A stretch of 64,000 nt of DNA from Octopus vulgaris (Eukaryota), in the NCBI GenBank assembly GCA_951406725.2, contig OX597816.1, forward strand, positions 158,348,001 through 158,412,000, read 5' to 3'. Both the position numbers and the translations under genes were made by a program. The notes beneath the pieces are model-generated. The model was not told where the DNA came from. It saw only the letters and a program-made list of their open reading frames with translations, and did not search any database. Below are positions 36,099 to 49,200 of this stretch, in pieces (within the stretch, counting starts at the first letter, position 1; the number at the start of each line of letters is the position of its first letter).

Positions 36099-36894
36099 AT
36101 ACAAGAATTATGGATTGGAGTAGGTAAGATCCAGGTTATGTATGTTTCATAGCAAGCAGAACCTTAGAAGTGGTAAAAATCCAAGTGAGGTGTATACCAT
36201 CAGGTAGGTACACTTCAGGCCAAGGATATCTTGATTAAATTTGAATCTGATTGAATTTTCCATGTGTCAACATGAACCTCCTTGTGACAATGTAACCTTT
36301 AATTTAATCAAGATGTCCTTATCCTGAAAAGTACCCAGTGGTATACACCTCACTTGGATTTTTACCATTTCTGAAGTTACGCTTGCTATGAAACATATGT
36401 AGCCTGGATCTTACCTACTCCATTTTGTAACTCTTGTATATATATATGTATATCATCATCATCATCATCGTTTAGCATCCGCTTTCCATGCTAGCATGGG
36501 TTGGACGGTTCAACTGGGATCTGGGAAGCCAGAAGGCTGCACCAGGCCCAGTTTGATATATATATATATATATATATATCTCTATATATATATATATGAT
36601 GGGCTACTTTTTTTAAGCTTGGTATTTTATCAGTCCTTTTTACTGAACTGCTAAGTTAGCAATAATAAACACACCAGCATGGGTTGTCAAGCAGTGATAG
36701 GGAGCAAACACACACATACACACATATATATCTGTAAGATCCAAGGATCAAGATGTAGGAAGAACGTTAGCTTCAAGCAATCCTGAAGAGTAGCCGGTGG
36801 TATTACACCTTGCTTGGATTTTTACCACTTCTGAGGTTACGCTTGCTATGAAACATATGTATCTTGGATCTTATCTTACTCCATTCCGTAAGTC

Positions 36895-36895
<1 letters not shown>
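36099..36895. repeat. Penelope-pLTR-like repeat, three copies (inverted pair 36099-36241 / 36301-36440 and direct copy 36735-36895), each with a hammerhead-like core
   Basis: Arms of ~140 bp are reverse complements; CTGAAGAG...GAAACATATGTA in the third copy. Confidence 0.7.
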
Positions 36896-36973
<78 letters not shown>

Positions 36974-37547
36974 TATATATGATGGGCTTCTTTCAGTTTC
37001 CGTCTACAGAATCCACTCACAGGGCTTTGGTCAGTCCAAGGCTTATAGTAAAAGATACTGGCCTAAGGTGCTACGCATTGGGACTGAATCAAGAGTCATG
37101 TGGTTGGGAAGTAAGCTTCTTACCATAGAACCACGTCTGTTGGCTTTTCTGATATTTTTGTTTACCTTACGGTAAACATTTTTCAAATAGCTGACGCACC
37201 TTATATACTCTGCTTCGTTAGACAACTAATACAAACTAATGTGGAAGAAGAATTTTTTTTTACTCTTGAAAGAGAACTTGACATGGAATTCAAGAGTTTA
37301 TGGTCTGAAACAAGAACCTTTTGAAAACCAATAGTTGACGGTCTGATTATTTTGCCTCTTGCTGATGCAATAAAATAATATTCAATAAAATTTGATATAA
37401 TTCATGATGTACATTATTTGGTCGACGTTTTTTTAGAATTTAGGGTCGGAACGCTTTGGTAAGGTCAATTCGATACAAAGACAGTCCAATTCCTGGAGAA
37501 TGGTAGGAATGGTTACAATTCGCAAGCAATAGCCGTGTTGAGGTTTC

Positions 37548-37589
37548 TTTGCACATGCGCGCGATTTATACATACTGCGAATGTGCAAA
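37548..37589. promoter_or_regulatory. Candidate promoter: dyad of NRF1-like sites in a CpG-retaining, TE-poor island
   Basis: TTTGCACATGCGC...GCGAATGTGCAAA (12/13 inverted match; NRF1 consensus GCGCAYGCGC). Candidate donors on both sides (37688 +, ~37165 -). Confidence 0.45.
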
Positions 37590-38521
37590 AATCGAAACGA
37601 ATCGGAGCGTCAAATATCTGTTTTGAAAATTCCTCTTCCACGTCTATCTTTCTCTAAAGTTCGTGACGCTCTTTTGATGTGTGCCTCGTAAGGAAGAGGC
37701 GAATTTTGCGAAATATATACCATAAGGATAAACAAAATGAGCTAAATAATGATTAAAGTTAAGTAAAGGAAATAAGGGCAACAATGAAATTTAGAGCAAA
37801 AGGGGTTTTAAGCATATCAAAAATGCAGGGTTGTATGGTAACTTTAGTAGAGTATACGTGTGTTGATGGTAAAAACATTGATCCGATATACATTTCGGAA
37901 GTTATATATAGTTTCTCATTTCTTTGTAGAAAGTTAGATCGGAAAAGAAGGCACTTTTATATAACTTGACATCGCTAAATAATTTATGCTTTTTACAGAC
38001 ATCAACGGAAGGGCTTTGTGCTTTTATTTACACTATTAACAACTACGTAATCATTAATAATTGGGAAAAGTGAAAATGAAAATAGTGGACGAAAACCAAT
38101 GTTAGATGACATCCAAGAAGAAAGTTGTGTGTTTAATACAAAAAGAAATAATAATAATAAATGGCTAAAGCATGAAAAATGGTTAGCATTATGAATAACG
38201 CCATTCCTTAAAGGTTTAGAAGCTAAGCATTAGGAGTAGCAGAAAATAACGAGGGATTAACTTATCAAAATAGTAATAATAATAAAATACTATTGATTTC
38301 TGTTAATAATATTAATAATAAAGATGCTTTTTTTTACATAAATATTTGTTATCCTATATTTTACCACGGAGCAATAAAAAGAAAATATTGCAATACAAAA
38401 CAACAATGAAATTGTTAAGATTTTTCTTTGTTATTTTGAAGAACCAAGTGTTTACATCATTATATAAATAAATAAATATCATGCAACAATATAAAATGTT
38501 TCGTTGCTTTATGTTTACAAA

Positions 38522-38575
<54 letters not shown>

Positions 38576-38586
38576 CTGGGTTACAT

Positions 38587-39467
38587 AAGGGTGGTGAGAC
38601 AAAATGAGTAATTTCTGATTTCTCGTTATTTTCTCCATACCTGTTTCAAACAAGTATTGCACCATCATCATTTTGTATTGCTACATTATATCTCTTATGA
38701 TAATTTAGGAATAAAAATTAGTTAGCATAGTTGTTGTTGTTGAAGTTCAAAATCCTAAACATAAACAGGTGACAAGTACTTATTTTTCAAGAAATTTTTC
38801 CTCAACTTTGACCCGTTTGCAATTGAGGTTGAGAACTAAGTATCTGGATAAGTTTTGGTATTTAATTTTTTCTCTTTAATTCTTTTCTCCGTTGGATTCC
38901 AAGTCATTGTCCCTCCACACACACACACACACTAATGATAATTTTCAAGTTTCAATAAAAATAATGTCTAAAGTGGGGTAAAATGAGTAATGACATGGTG
39001 TGTAAATGTATCATAAAGAGAAACACTCCAGCAGATCGTGAAGAAGCTATAGGGAATATTTTCTTTTCTTTTTTTTATTTAGTCGACTTTCGTTAATTTC
39101 ATATCATTTGCCATTTTCCCCTAATCCTCTTTCATTTGACCTAGATATTATTTTTTTTATTTCTGATGTCTAAGGATGAATATCGATGTATATGAGTGTT
39201 TTCAAATGTAATTCTGGAGAATTGAAGTAGCAAATTTTACCTTATCTTGTCTTACTCATTTTGCCCCATCCAAATTTATCTTTTATACGCTCAAAGAGAA
39301 CAGCGATAATTTTCAGAAAGCGATCAGATTATGTTATAATGCTTTTAATGCATTTCGGGAAGGCCAATTCCTTAGCTTATATAGCTTTTGTAAAGAAGTG
39401 AACATTTATAAAAAAATTTTTTTTTTGTCAAAAATTCAATAAAAACTCATTGTGCTCCCCCACACCA
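38587..39467. mobile_element. Non-autonomous DNA transposon with subterminal GGGGxAAAATGAGTAA motifs
   Basis: GGTGGTGAGACAAAATGAGT / ACTCATTGTGCTCCCCCACACC termini; internal direct and inverted copies of the motif at ~38975 and ~39252. Confidence 0.55.
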
Positions 39468-39541
39468 TATATAAATATATACATACACACGTACACAAAT
39501 ATTATGCAAGAACACTAGTGTCTCGTGTACTTATAAGCGTG

Positions 39542-39579
<38 letters not shown>

Positions 39580-39596
39580 TATAGTATGTGTCTATG

Positions 39597-39760
39597 TAGT
39601 GCCGTCTTAAAATATTGGCATACTGGACAGTTGCCCGGGTCCTCAGAGGTCTACGGGCCCAATTCTGATTAATGTATGTTGTGGTTTACTGTCAATAAAT
39701 GATATAGGTCCTAGTACTTTGATTTGCCCGGAGGCCTATAATGCTACTAAGAAGGCCCTG
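39597..39760. mobile_element. hAT-like MITE
   Basis: TAGTGCCGTCTTAA / CTAAGAAGGCCCTG imperfect TIRs; TSD not clear. Confidence 0.55.
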
Positions 39761-39899
39761 TATGTACACACACAGATATCTATCTATCTGTTTATACACT
39801 GTTCAGAATATATATACTTGTGTGAAGGAATGGAGGTAAAAATAAGCAAACAGAAATCGATGAAAATTTATAGATTAACGGGATTTCGTTATCGTTAAA

Positions 39900-39930
<31 letters not shown>

Positions 39931-40540
39931 ATAAAGAATCAATCATTAACAATTCTCTCTCCCTTCAAATCACCAATAAAAATAAAAATAATTATAATCA
40001 GAATTACAAATATGGTAATAAACACAAGCGTAATTATATACATGTAGAATACAAAGAAAAATTGATAAGATTAAATATAAATATAATAATACTAACCGAT
40101 GTTTTAGTCTTGAAGTTGTGATAGCATAAAAGTAAAGGCTAAAAATGCAGTATATATATGTGGTGTGTATATGTATAAATATATATATATACTTCAATAT
40201 ATATTTATAAATAGGTATGTATATATTATATGTGTCAAGGCAGCAAGCTAAAGTTAAAAATTTGGTGTAAGTCTTAAAAAAAAAAAAAACAGCTGCCACA
40301 ATTTTTTAGAAAATGATCAGAAACGATGTACTATAAACAACTGCTTAACTCGCGTAGTCTACCACAGTTGCTGGCTGCTACAGGGAGCTTCAAGTGAATG
40401 ACATCGAGTGACGAGTAATGTGCGAATGTAGGTTTGGGCGAGTCGGTTTATGGTTTATGTGGTGTGTGTATGTGTGTGTGTGTGTATTTCTCTCACACTA
40501 TTTCTCTTTCACACACATAGTTCTCTCACTCCACGTGTAC

Positions 40541-40577
<37 letters not shown>

Positions 40578-41032
40578 ACTGGTTTCTTTCAGTATACATA
40601 TATATGTATATATATATATATATATCATCATCATCGTTTAACGTCCGTTCTCCATGCTAGCATGGGTTGGACGGTTCGACTGGGGATCTGGGAAGCCAGC
40701 AGGCTGCACCAGGCTCCAGTCTTATCTGGCAATGTTTCTACAGCTGGATGCCCTTCCTAACGCCAACCACTCCGTGAGTGTAGTGGGTGCTTTTTACGTG
40801 CCACCCGCACAGGTGCCAGGCGAGGCTGGCAACGGCCACGGTCGGTTTGGTGCATTTTACGTGCCACCGGCACGGAAGCCAGTCGAGGTGGCGCTGGCAT
40901 CGGCCACGATTCGGATAGTGCTTTTTACGTACAACCAGTCCAGGGGTCCTGGCATCTGCCGGGTGCCAGTCATAGGATTGATTCAATTTCGATTCCGATA
41001 TTCGATTTCGATTTCACTTGCCCCAACATGTC

Positions 41033-41063
<31 letters not shown>

Positions 41064-41570
41064 CATCATCGTTTAACGTCCGTTCTCCATGCTTCTCCAT
41101 GGGTTGGACGGTTCGACCGGGGATCTGGGAAGCCAGAAGGCTGCATTAGGCTCCAGTCTGATCTGGCAGTGTTTCTACAGCTGGATGCCCTTCCTAACGC
41201 CAACCACTCCGTGAGTGTAGTGGGTGCTTTTTACGTGCCTCCTGCACAGGTGCCAGGCGAGGCTGGCAATGGTCACAATCGGATTGGTGCATTTTACGTG
41301 CCACCGGCACGTATATATATAAGTGAAAGAATGGAGTCGAACGACGATTTTAACAAAATTCCTTTATTCTCGACATTTTGTTAAAATCGTAGTTCGACTC
41401 CATTCTTTCACTTATTTATAGTTAAAAAAGCACACAAATTTCCACACGAAAACACATGATTTCTGCCCCTGGCATGCAGCTTCAACCGTGTTTTCTGACA
41501 TGAATTCGCTACCCGGGTATCGGTTAGCCGAATTGTCCATACTAAGATAATCCATTCACCTACTTATATA

Positions 41571-41615
<45 letters not shown>

Positions 41616-43293
41616 TTGGCGTTAGGAAGGGCATTCAGCCATAGAAACCATGCCAGATCAGACTGGAGTCTGGTGTAGCCCCGTTAAATGATGATGATGA
41701 TGATGATGTGCGTTTGTCTTTCTGTCTGTGCCTATACAGGCAATGTCGATTTGATGGCGGGTGTGAGCTTATGTAAACACAAACATTTGTTCCCTATAAT
41801 GTTTGATCACTATAAATTATTTGTGTTATTTTTCAGCAACAAATTGAGGAACCCTCATCCATCATTTAATGATGGGAGAGTTCATAATGTGTGTGTGTGC
41901 ATATATGTTGATGTTTGTTTTCATGTTCAGTTATGATAAAAACAATTTTACATAAATCTGATGGGTTTCTCTGTACTTTTGTAGAGTACAAATTTATTAT
42001 TCTCAAACAAGTATATTATTGACAGGGACAGTGGCCAATTAAACCATTGTTGGACTGTGATGCCTTGAAGTTAATCTTGGCTGCATATAATCTCTGTTGA
42101 GTTAAAATCCTCCTTGGGTGTTTGGATTTTTGAGAGGAGTGGTAATTAAGTTTTTGGGTGGGTTGTTAAGGAGAGGTGTTTTGGAGAAATTTTTATTGAT
42201 TAGATCTGGAGTTCTGTCATTGTTTAGAATTTTCTAATGTATGTAGAACTTTTAGGTGTGATTTTTTTTTTGCTTGGTAGGTATGGGATATATCAGTAGT
42301 TTTAGTTATTTCTGGTTTTGGTAGATTTAATCCTTTTCTTTCACAATGTAAAGGTCAAAGGTTCAAAGTTTAGTTGTTAGTGTAGAAATTTGTTTATCAT
42401 GGGCTTTGCTATTCACAAGAGGATGTGAGTTGTAAGGGTTTTTGGTCTGTATGTTTCTCTCTAGATATTCATTGCTCTGTAAGCAATTTGATTAGTATGA
42501 TGAAATTTTAACCCTTGTGTTTTATGGGGGTAGAGATTGTGGGCTGTGTGTTTATAAATATTTCTTCAATTCTGTTTTGAACATAGATATTTTATAATGT
42601 ATTGTTATTACTTGACAAATATCCTCACCTTCCAAATAAAAACAGGAAATACACTAAATAACAACAATGACAAATAAAGAAACTGACCAGATTAAACATT
42701 TAGGAGAGCTACATGAGTATCTCCCCTACAGCAAGAACCTTTTTTTGTCCCACCCCTTCCCTCATACCTATTTCTTTACTACCCACAAGGGGCTAAACAC
42801 AGAGAGGACAAACAAAGACAGACAAACGGATTAAGTCGATTATATTGACCCCAGTACACTACTGGTACTTAATTTATCGACCCTGAAAGGATGAAAGGCA
42901 AAGTCGACCTTGGCAGAATTTGAACTCAGAACGTTGTGGCAGACGAAATACCGCAAAGCATTTCGCCTGATGTGCTAATGGTTCTGCCAACTCACCGCCT
43001 TCCCTCATACCTTAGCCATCATCAACAAGCATAAATCCCTCCCCTTAGCGTTCATGGGCTCGCAAATTACTGATGGTACATCAAAAGCACTCATTGTGCT
43101 CTGTAAAGGGACTGGGATTAAGAAAGGCATCCAGATGTCGCAAGCATGCCAAAACAAACCCTGGACCACAATTCTGTCCTTGGACCAATCGGATCCTGTC
43201 AAACCATCTTCCCTATGCCAGAATTGAACATGGATGTTAAATAGTGATGCTAATGATCATATATATATATATTTATATATGTATGTTTATATA

Positions 43294-44357
43294 CAGGATG
43301 TGGTGAATAAATTGTCATCTATATTTTGCAAAAATGAAAATGACACTGACGTCTCGTTTTAACAGATATATTTACCAAAATTACATAAAAATAACTTGAA
43401 TTGCCATTGGCTTCAACCATGGCCTCCAGATGACTTCGGAATCTCTTGAACTCTTCTAGAGAGTCTCCTTGTTTAACCCTTTTGTGTTAAAACTGGTTGT
43501 ATCTGGCCAAAATATTCTCCCTGTTTTATGTTAAAACTGGTCAGATATGGTCTTTCATAGCTACCTTACAGTGTTTCTTCAAAAATAAACAATCACATCA
43601 TTGAAATCTCAAAGCCATGAAATAATGCATGATTCATTTAAAATGGTGTGCATACATAAGCTTTACATTTGACAGAATAATCTGAATGCTAATGGGTTAA
43701 GTTGGTGAATGCTGCCATAATCCTTGCTTTCTGTTCATCTTTGGTGTTACAAGGAGTTTTGTTGGTCTCTTGCTCAACTGTGCCCCACACATTATAATCA
43801 AGAGGGTTACAGTCTGGGGAGTTAGGTGGCCAGATGTTAGGGGTGATGTGGTCACAGAAATTGTCTGACAGTCATGACTGGGTTCTGTTTGTGTGGCATG
43901 GTGCAGAGTCCTGTTGCCAGACATAGGGTCTTCTAGTAGCCACCTTCTTGACCTGGGGCAGCACTGCCTCCTCCATGCACTTGATGTAGGCTTCCATGTT
44001 GAGTGTGAGGCCATGTGGGAAGATGAATGGAGGCATAACATCGCCATCACAAGTGATCACTCCAAATACCATGATGTTGACTGGATGTTTGATTTTTATC
44101 ATTCTCACTACATGTCTTCAGATTGACACCCAGACATTCTGAAATGTTCCTATTGGAGCTCCTAGTGTGAATGCCAAGCAGTACAGTATATTGTTTCCAA
44201 ATTTCTGTCAGAGTGAATTGCATCATGGTGCTGTTTTTCTCACAGACAGTGCCCAATTGACCCTACTATACTGTGCAGTCAACAAAATCAAGAACAAACA
44301 ATGCACATGTGTGAAATTAACAATATAAAATGTCGACAATTTACCCATTGCACCTTG
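43294..44357 (-). mobile_element. maT/DD37D-type Tc1-mariner superfamily transposon, decayed, interrupted by a TTAA MITE
   Basis: TA-flanked TIRs (CAGGATGTGGTGAATAAATTGTC vs CAAGGTGCAATGGGTAAATTGTC); transposase KHPVNIMVFGVI...WQQDSAPCH...WPPNSPDCNPLDYYVWG. Confidence 0.88.
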
Positions 44358-44489
44358 TATATTGCCCAGGAGAATACCTAGATGTAGTCTGTAGTTTCTA
44401 TTACATTAGTGGTCTAATAATCAGTGGAGGAGAATGTACTGAAAATATAGTTGTTAGAATATGAACCAGCTGGAGAAAGTTCAGAGCGC

Positions 44490-45300
44490 TATTACTTTTG
44501 TTAGTAATAAAAGGCATCTCTCTCAGAGTGAAAGACAGATTGTGTGATGCATGTGTATGAGCAGCAATGCTACATGGTTGTGCAAAGCAGGTCATGAATG
44601 CAGAGGACATGTGAAGTCTAGAAAGAAATGAAACTTATCATTCAGCCTGCAGCCTCTTACCTCATAGCTATCTGCATGGTCGTGTCCTCTGTCTTCTGCT
44701 AGGTCATTCTACTAGGTCTTTATTCTCATCTGGTGCAGCGGCAGCAGGCTGGAAGAGGCCTTGCGGAAGGCCCCAAACCAGATGACTAGACATGGTTGAG
44801 GAAGATCTCAAAAGGCTCAATATCACTTTAGAGGGTACAGAAGGGCTGGCATGGGGCCACCAGCGATGGAGAGCACTGGAGAACCTGGTCAGTTCTATGC
44901 ATGATGAACCCTCTGGGGCCACTAACTTGGAATGACCCTAGCCCCATCAAGCAAGAGCATGAAGCCAAGCCAAATCAAACCAGTTCTGCAGGATGTTCAA
45001 CATCAGTGTACAACAAAGTGCAAATGCATTCAGAGAAAAGCTGGGGATAGGAGGCATCAAGTGTAGTGTGCAAGAGAGAAGACTGTGTTGGTTTGGTCAT
45101 GTGATGCATATGAATGAGGATAGCTGCATAAGGATGTGCTGATAGCATAAAGTGGATAAAATTTATGGAAGAGGGAGACATGGAACAAGGTAGTGAAAAC
45201 TAACCCCAGGTTGTTGAGCTTCATGAAGGAGATGAAAAAAATTGAGATAATTGGTAATTCATTGTGCTTGAGAAAACCTGTCTACCTCAGCCAAAAATAA
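44490..45300 (+). mobile_element. Decayed RTE LINE 3' region containing a second RTE fragment (~44640-44975)
   Basis: SLRVKDRLCDACV...WFGHVMHM; nested WRRPCGRPQTR*LD...RWRAL fragment. Confidence 0.7.
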
Positions 45301-45959
45301 GAAAAAATATGGTCCTAAAAGCATATTGTAACATCTGCTCCTAATTTGTACCTGTCAAACCTTCTCCACAACTCCTTTTTGTAATATGCATTCCTCCTTC
45401 AAAGCTCAAACTACGGTACTATTTCCTCAGCTGCTGTAATTACACAAGAGTAGATCTGCTGCCAGTTATTCCTCTCCTTGGTACCACTTCCCTTGTCACA
45501 TCCTGCATTCTTAACACCATCCTGTACCACTTAATTTTACACTGAATGCCTCTTTCCATAAACACCCTCTCATACCTACCTTTGTTTGTTACTCAATATA
45601 TCCACTTCTACATGCTTCTAGCCTCTGTCATTCTGCACCCCCTCTCTCCATCACACATCACATCATCTCCCTCCACTTATGTACTGTCATCTGTCACCTC
45701 ATCCGCCTTGATCCACTCCTCTTTTTCCTTTTTCAAAAAGAACAGATAGCATGGTACTGTAGGCTACAGGTAGCAAGCCCACTATGCATGCAAGAGTCCA
45801 GGAGTTACAACAAAACCTGAGATAAAAAGAATAAATTAAAACAACAACAAAATGCCCTGATGCAGTACTAGGCAGTGGCGCTCATGGCTTTTGATCTTAA
45901 CTGATCAGAAGTGTTATCATATACATTGTTTTGTCTTGGTATAAAAGATAGGCTACAGA

Positions 45960-46690
45960 CACATGGATGGGCTGTCAAGATTGATTCCTAAATACAATGA
46001 ACTGTTAGAGGACATGGTAATAACAGCATTAAAAGCTGAAATCTTCTTTCACATTGATTCTGTTGTCACCAGGGCTTGCTATATCGATTATCATGCATGT
46101 TCTTTCTTTTTTATTCACCACAACAATGTCTGGTCAGGTGATCATACTGAATCATTGCATCCCTCAAGATTTTGCAATTCTCATTTTTGGTGACTCCTTC
46201 AGGGGTTTTCTCATACCATGCAAAAGTTCTTTATAGACTGTGATTTCCACAGAGCTCCCAATGGATCATTCTTACCACATTGTCAGTGTCCTTTGAATTT
46301 GTGTTGTGTCAATTTTGGGCATTCACTAACGATGTGCCATACCATTTCACTCCTCTCACATTCTACATTTGTTGCTGTCAGTAGTGCTGTCTATTCTGCA
46401 CTTCGCATAGTTGGTCCTTAATACTTGCTCTTGAGCTGCATATATGAGTTCTTCTGTCTCTTTCTTCAGGTCACTTCTCTTCATCCATAACCACCAGTCC
46501 TCTGCATCTGTCTTGGCATTCACATCTCTTGCAAACTGATCGTACATTTTTCCCTTCCATGCTTTTCCTTTTTTTTGTATTCATTTCTTCTTTAAATTTT
46601 TTTCATTACACAATTTTTAGTCTTGATGATGCTGGCCTTCTTTATTTGAGCATTGGCTCCACAGCAATATTCATATACCACTCTAAACTG
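45960..46690 (-). mobile_element. R4/Dong LINE fragment (zinc knuckle/RLE region)
   Basis: LKKETEELIYAAQEQVLRTNYAK...KCRM; abuts a long (ATT)n tract. Confidence 0.85.
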
Positions 46691-46692
46691 TA

Positions 46693-46723
<31 letters not shown>

Positions 46724-46762
46724 ATTAATATTATTATTATTAATATTATTATTATTATTATA

Positions 46763-46804
<42 letters not shown>
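46693..46804. repeat. (ATT)n microsatellite
   Basis: ~110 bp near-perfect trinucleotide run. Many other (TA)n, (CA)n and (ATC)n runs occur, including (TAGA)n at 50607-50716. Confidence 0.98.
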
Positions 46805-47435
46805 GAGTAAGAGAGCAGTGCATGCCATCAAAGTGACACTGGGGTACAAATATGCGAAGCCCAGTATACCCATCATGACTACCTGTCTGATAAGGGTACA
46901 CCAGGCACATTTATCATAACCATATGTGCGCGACATGGTGATCTCATATCAAGATTAACAGTGCATGACCTTGCGGATGGAGTCCAGTTAGAATTTTCTT
47001 CAGGTTGGGTAGCTCATCCCGCTCAAAAGATCCCTGAATAAGGGTTGTTTAAGGATGTTGAACAAAACACTCATGTTTCCAAAGGTGAATTATCTAAAAC
47101 CCAAAGAATTCCTCTCAACACATGGCTATGATACTCCCCCACTACTTCTGCTCATGATCAGAGATGCACATATCGTCAGCCACTAAGGGATATGCTCAAC
47201 TGGTTAAGATCAAACAACTGACAAACAAATCTGTGGTATTAAGCAGAATATTTGCTGTAGCTCATCTTTTATACCAAGACAAAACAATGTACATGATAAC
47301 ACTTCCAATCAGTTAAGATCAGAAGCCATGAGAGCCATTGTCTGGTACTGCACCAGCGCATAGACAAAACAATGTACATGATAACACTTCCAATCAGTTA
47401 AGATCAGAAGCCACTGTCTGGTACTGCATCAGGGA
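46805..47435 (-). mobile_element. SINE with 5S-rRNA-like head and Deu/Nin-like central domain (other copies 59285-59750 -, head 45852-45958 +, tail 7012-7108 +)
   Basis: Head CTGATCTTAACTGATTGGAAG...GATG(A/G)GCTACAGC resembles the 5S segments CCGATCTCGTCTGATCTCGGAAG...GATGGGAGACCGC; (AAT)n tail. Confidence 0.6.
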
Positions 47436-47495
<60 letters not shown>

Positions 47496-47589
47496 TATTA
47501 TAATACACATCTATTCTTTCACTTTGGTTCTTAGAAATGGTTTCACTTTCATTTTATACATTTCAAGTAATTTTATCAATTTCTGAGAA

Positions 47590-47639
<50 letters not shown>

Positions 47640-48148
47640 TCTTTCTCATGTGCTGTTAAATATTACGCATAATTTCCTTTTATTCATTTCCATATATTCT
47701 GGAATCTCAAATAAAGATTTTTTTTCCCCAATTTCCAACAAACGAATTAAGCATCCATTCTCCTCATGTTATGATCTCACTTCATGTATGCTTGGTCATT
47801 GTCATCTTCTTTTAATGTCTGTTTTCCATGCTTGCATGGGTTGGACAGTTTGACAGGAGCTGCCAAGCTGGAGGCCTGCATCAGGCTCCAGTCATCTGTT
47901 TTGGCATGGTTCCAACAGCTGGACGCTTTTCTTAATGCCAACCACTTTGCAGAGTGCCCCGGGCTATTTTTCTAATGGCACCAGCATAGGTGCTTCTTAT
48001 GTTGTGCCAGCACAGGTTCTTTTTCCATGTAGCCAACATGGGTGAATTTTATGTGGTACAAGCGCACAAGTATTTTAATTACAAAAGCACTATGACACAG
48101 CTGTTTTTCTTTTCTTTAGTTATATCCACATAGTCATGCTTGCGCTTA

Positions 48149-48179
<31 letters not shown>

Positions 48180-48189
48180 CATACATACG

Positions 48190-49200
48190 TACGTACATAC
48201 TGCAATGTATCATCAGATGAAAGGATGAGCGTATATGAGCAGAAGAACATGCATGAATTTGTTTGTAGAAATCTCTGGGATGATAGTAACATTGACCATC
48301 AAAGCAGTCTATCATGGACCAATAACCAGATTACTAACTCCCACTTTGAAGGGAATGCATTTGGAATCTGGGAATAGGAAATATCAACCAAATACCTGAT
48401 GTACAAAGGGACAAAGACATGGGAAAAACAGCAAAATGTGATAACCAATGCAGACTTTGTGGAGTTAACACTGAAGATATTACCCACATCATAAGCAGTT
48501 GTCCAAATATGTCATCATGGTATTATCTACCAATGAGACATGATGTTGTAGCTAGGACACTCTGTAATGAGATCCATCAGAAGGATAACCCTGAAGCCAA
48601 AGAAATAAGAATCCACAGTATGGAAGAAGCCATAACCACTCATAATAAAAAGGAGTATTGGTGGAACGGCCCAGTGAAACCCTCAATAAAATGTAAATGT
48701 AATAAACCTGACATAGTAATTTGGGATAGAGAAGAGAAACTGTGTACAGCTGCCCAACGGATGTTAACGAAGCTGAAGATCAGTGAAAAAGAAAATACCT
48801 GTGCTGAACTACTGAAAAATCTGCAGTTACTCTATCCAGATTACAAGTTCAGGTTTATACCTGTAATTATTAAAGCACTGGGATATGTAGCACATTACTT
48901 AAATACCAATTTTGAGACATTAAGCTTCTCAAAAGTAGAAAGGAGAAAGCTGATTTGAAAACTACAGATCCAAGCGATCACTGGAACTGTAAAAATCTAT
49001 AAAACTTTCCAGAAGTTTATCATTTAAGTATATATGAGCATGTCTAGACATGCAACTATATGCATGAGAAGAAATGCATAAAACAAAACATACAAATCTG
49101 CACGTTTGCATACATGCAAAAAAACCCTGTCGATGTTGTTGAAATTCCAATGAAGGAGCTTTGGTTCTAGGTTAGAAACTGACTCTGTTTCTATTGGCTG
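48190..49200 (+). mobile_element. R4/Dong LINE 3' fragment (CCHC knuckle + RLE endonuclease)
   Basis: CRLC...EDITHIISSC, RHD, NKPDIVIWD, IPVII. Confidence 0.9.

Noticed and set aside
46529-46936. Poly-Ile and poly-Asn ORFs
   Set aside because: Translations of the (ATT)n microsatellite.
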